Assembly (NCBI GenBank): GCA_009859145.1
Contig: VRVR01000001.1
Location: 202,463 to 266,462, forward strand
Direction: 5' to 3'
DNA: 64,000 bases
Source: Andalucia godoyi And28
Taxonomy: Eukaryota; Protista; Jakobida
This document shows positions 60,802-64,000 of this stretch, piece after piece. Position 1 is the stretch's first letter, and each line of letters begins with the position of its first letter. Under the pieces are notes generated by a model. The model was given only the letters and a program-made list of their open reading frames with translations, made no database searches and was not told the origin of the DNA. A program made the position numbers and the translations under genes.

Positions 60802-61389
60802 GATGAAGACGATTTCCAGCTATTTCGTTCTTTTTTTAAGTGCCCTCTTTTTTCGTTCCGGTCCCTGTTCTTGTCCCCGTTTCTGTGTCTCTTTTTCACT
60901 TCACTCTCGCACTCTCTCGTTCTGTTGCTTTTCTGCGTATGTTTTGCGATTGTTGAGCCAAGTAGATGATTCTTGCTGCAACCGATCGAGAGGGGAAAAA
61001 ACAGAAATATAATAATCAAACAGCACAAACGAAGAGCTATCAAGAGGCGGGCCCCACTCGTTGAAAACGGGCGGTTGGGGACAATGAGCACTACAACCGG
61101 GGATGAACAAACCGGGCGAGCGGTTTTTATTTTCCGAGGAATTCCCCCGATCAAAAATCCCCGCAGTAATTGAAAAATGGGTTTGTGATTGGATCACGCT
61201 TTGTTCGTTTGCTGCTTCCTTCGTTTTTTCCCTCCCTTCCACATGACAGTTTTTCTTCATCAGTCACGCATTCTCCACCAGACATCGCGCACAAGCGGGG
61301 AGGATACCGTTGAGCTCTGCAATTTAATAATATACTGCCTTTGGGCTTTTGTCTGATCACTTGCATTGTTCGGGGCCGGGTGTGAGTAA

Positions 61390-61417
61390 GTGAGTGAGTG
61401 AGTGAGTGAGTGAGTGA

Positions 61418-61460
<43 letters not shown>
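61390..61460. repeat. Compound (GTGA)n(GT)n microsatellite
   Basis: Directly visible, ending just upstream of ATG 61464. Confidence 0.95.
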
Positions 61461-61461
<1 letters not shown>

Positions 61462-61463
61462 AA

Positions 61464-62866
61464 ATGGTACGATCCAAGGTTCCCCGAGCACTGTTTCCTT
61501 TCGAGCTCTCGATCTTACGAAAGTACATTATCGATGGCTTTGAAGCTGATGTTTCAATTCTTCGGAGAGCCAGTTCCAAGCGTCCGACCAGTGTTTTTGA
61601 GTCTTCGTCGCTGTTCAAACTCGATGTTTCGGACTTTGATTTCCGCACCGATGGCACTCTGATCGCGGACTGTACATGTTTGAAGTTTGTGGAAAGAAAG
61701 CGAAAAGGATTGCTTCGGAGAAGGAAAACGCAAGAGATCATTTTACACTCATATCATGTAGCGGATCTCGATCCAGTATCCAAACTTGTGAGAATAAGCG
61801 ACGAGACGAAAATTGAATTTGAATTTTGCTTTTCATGCGATAATTATGTGCTGGTTCATGCGGCAATCAATGGAATGCTGGAAATATGCAGGTTCGTCGA
61901 GCGGTATGTCAGCAACATTTCTGCAATCTCTTCCAATGCGGTGATCGGCATGAATTCTATGCAGCGCGAAGCCTCTGCTTTGAGACGGTCCATGTCGCGA
62001 TCGCTTGGCGTTGTTGGACGTGCGGCAATTGGGCAGATTCCAGAAGATTATTTGGGGCAACCCGCAAACGAAAGCCAGCCGCATGAGCAGGAGCAGGAGC
62101 AGGAACAGGAATATCAGCGTATTGTGTCCACAAGAATGGCGTCCTTCAGCGGTCCAAGTCCCGCACCACCTTCGCTGGCTCTTCAAAGCGGGTTCATGCC
62201 CAATCAAGCATATGACGAATTGAGTGATCCCGCGTTCTCACCACAGACGCCCGCAGCGAATTCACAGTCCAATGCACTGCAAACGCCCAATATTGCGCTT
62301 CCAAGACATGTTTCGTTTGTGATGAGTGCTTCTCCGGTTATCGATATCGTTCCAATTTCACTGTCGCCGCCAACTCGTCACGGGTCGCTGTTGTCGTCGC
62401 ATTCTTCGCACTCGCCTCCTTCAGAGACCCAGCATTACTGTGGAGATCCATTCCGATCGGGAAGCATGGGACTTCCACAGAAGCGATTGACGTCACATGT
62501 GCAGTTGGATGAAGAGGATCGGGATCGCATGTCCTTGGATGAAGCTATTCAACGAGCGCGGCTGTCTTCCAATCTGGTGAAGAGAGAGTTGAGTACGTCG
62601 AGCATGAGCAATCCTTCCATGACCGATGGATTGCCTCAGCCTCTGTCGCAGCCATTGTCTCCGTTGTCTAACCTCCCGGCTCTGGTTTCGTCCACTGCGA
62701 GCATACCCAAGAACAACGGCTGTCTGAACAGCGAGGACAGTGGACGTTCAAATGATGTTTCTGCATCGAACACTGATCAGAACAATCATAGCGTGCAGCA
62801 AAACAATGATGTCGCTAGCGGCAGCACCTCCTCCCGCAACCGCAACCACAACAACAACAACAACAA

Positions 62867-62907
<41 letters not shown>

Positions 62908-63701
62908 ATGGTCTTTTGGCTTATCACGCAATGAATGACACGTTGTCGGAGACCGAGCCGCGGTTGCTGAAGCCTCGGTATGTTGACGACCCGGGACTGC
63001 GTACTGAGTATGAGGAACCAAGAGGACAACGCCATTTGCCTGCAGTGGAGAAATCGTTGGGCGAAGTTGAAATGAACAGCATCATGGTGTCCCAGAATCG
63101 GCTTGCCGCGATCCGCAGAGCACTCGATGAGGAGCACGTGGCGATGCAGCAAATCGCCGAAGAGTTTGCAGTTCACAAAGTTGAGCATGTTGAGGAAGAC
63201 GAACGGGCTGTTGTGCGAGCTGTTGTCCGAGCTGCCTCGCCAGTCGTGGATTATGCATTTCCGAGATCTATCTCGGAAAGCAACCGAGTTGGGTCTTCTG
63301 TTTCCAACTCTCCGTCACCGGACTTCGCCGAGGCAATGTCGATGTCGCGCGCGGATGCGGCTGTCGAGCCACAGCATTTAAATCCTCGGTCTCCTCCACC
63401 GCGTCCTCATTCGGTGCTGTCTTCTCCGTCTTTCAAACGATTTTCCAGTTTCCAGCCAACGAGTCCGGCTCCCTCCGCACCTCCAATGTCGCCCGAAACT
63501 CCGAGAAGCACGTCGTCAATGCAAGTGAAGCCACCAAGAGTTCCGCGTTCGGAGCGTGCACAGTACCTCACCATGGGGGATCCAATTCGGTCCGCGTCTG
63601 GTCTTAAACCAGGTGCATACAGTGTCCGCAGCCCGTCTCCATCGTCAGCCCAAGCTCATCACCGCCTGTTGTCCTCTGGCAAGAGTGTGTCTTTTGTCTA
63701 A
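61464..63701 (+). CDS. Uncharacterised protein: ~140-aa globular N-terminus plus long Ser/Pro/Asn-rich disordered region
   Basis: 2.2-kb ORF with first ATG at 61464 and coding-like GC content. No recognised family. Confidence 0.7.
62848..62907 (+). repeat. Coding (AAC)n(AGCAAC)n tract encoding poly-N and (SN)n
   Basis: acaacaacaac...agcaacagcaac. Confidence 0.9.
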
Positions 63702-64000
63702 CCCAAGGAAGCTGTTTTTTTCGATCGTCATCCTCATCCCTTTCAATACCGGTTTCTTGCCTTTTCACATAAATTACTATAATTTGGAATGCTTTTTTGT
63801 CCGTACACCTTTTGCGTATCCATGGCTGACAGCTTTTGTGTATTAACATCGAAACATCGAACCAAACAACGTCGTGCTGTCGGGAAGTTTGTTTGGAACA
63901 CGATATTCTTGCCGTAGTCCAGTCTAGAATTCCTTCATTCTTCACTTTTCGATCAACTATTCGAGAATGTATGCACGTGTGCGTGAATCCTTTTTGTTCA

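Noticed and set aside
1-64000. CRISPR array, rRNA or tRNA genes, or an alternative genetic code
   Set aside because: No regularly spaced repeat-spacer units or rRNA/tRNA signatures seen. TAA, TAG and TGA all terminate conserved genes at expected positions.

Overview
Gene-dense, intron-poor eukaryotic nuclear DNA in the standard genetic code, probably from a free-living flagellated protist. This is inferred from Sfi1-like, FAM221 and RIIa-domain genes plus AP-4 mu, LAMTOR2 and HPPD; the species cannot be identified from the sequence. About 24 host protein-coding genes are separated by short AT-rich spacers with homopolymer and microsatellite tracts. The few introns I can resolve all start GTATG and lie near gene 5' ends. 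The standout content is five loci related to TnpB/Fanzor (eukaryotic OMEGA RNA-guided nucleases) from two lineages. (i) Three IS607-type TnpA + Fanzor2-like elements lie at ~7.7-8.2 kb (+), ~13.2-14.35 kb (-) and ~52.6-53.15 kb (-). One keeps an intact serine-recombinase ORF, two share a left end, and two share a 3' end finishing GGTTGCAAC. (ii) A Fanzor1-like pseudogene lies at ~43.6-44.6 kb (-), with a solo ~105-bp copy of its 3' end at ~0.22-0.33 kb. No nuclease ORF is intact, yet the 3' ends, where omegaRNA scaffolds normally lie, are retained in four of the five loci. Degenerate hAT-like transposase remnants also occur. No rRNA, tRNA or CRISPR array was found. All family assignments are by motif recognition and hand alignment, not database search.
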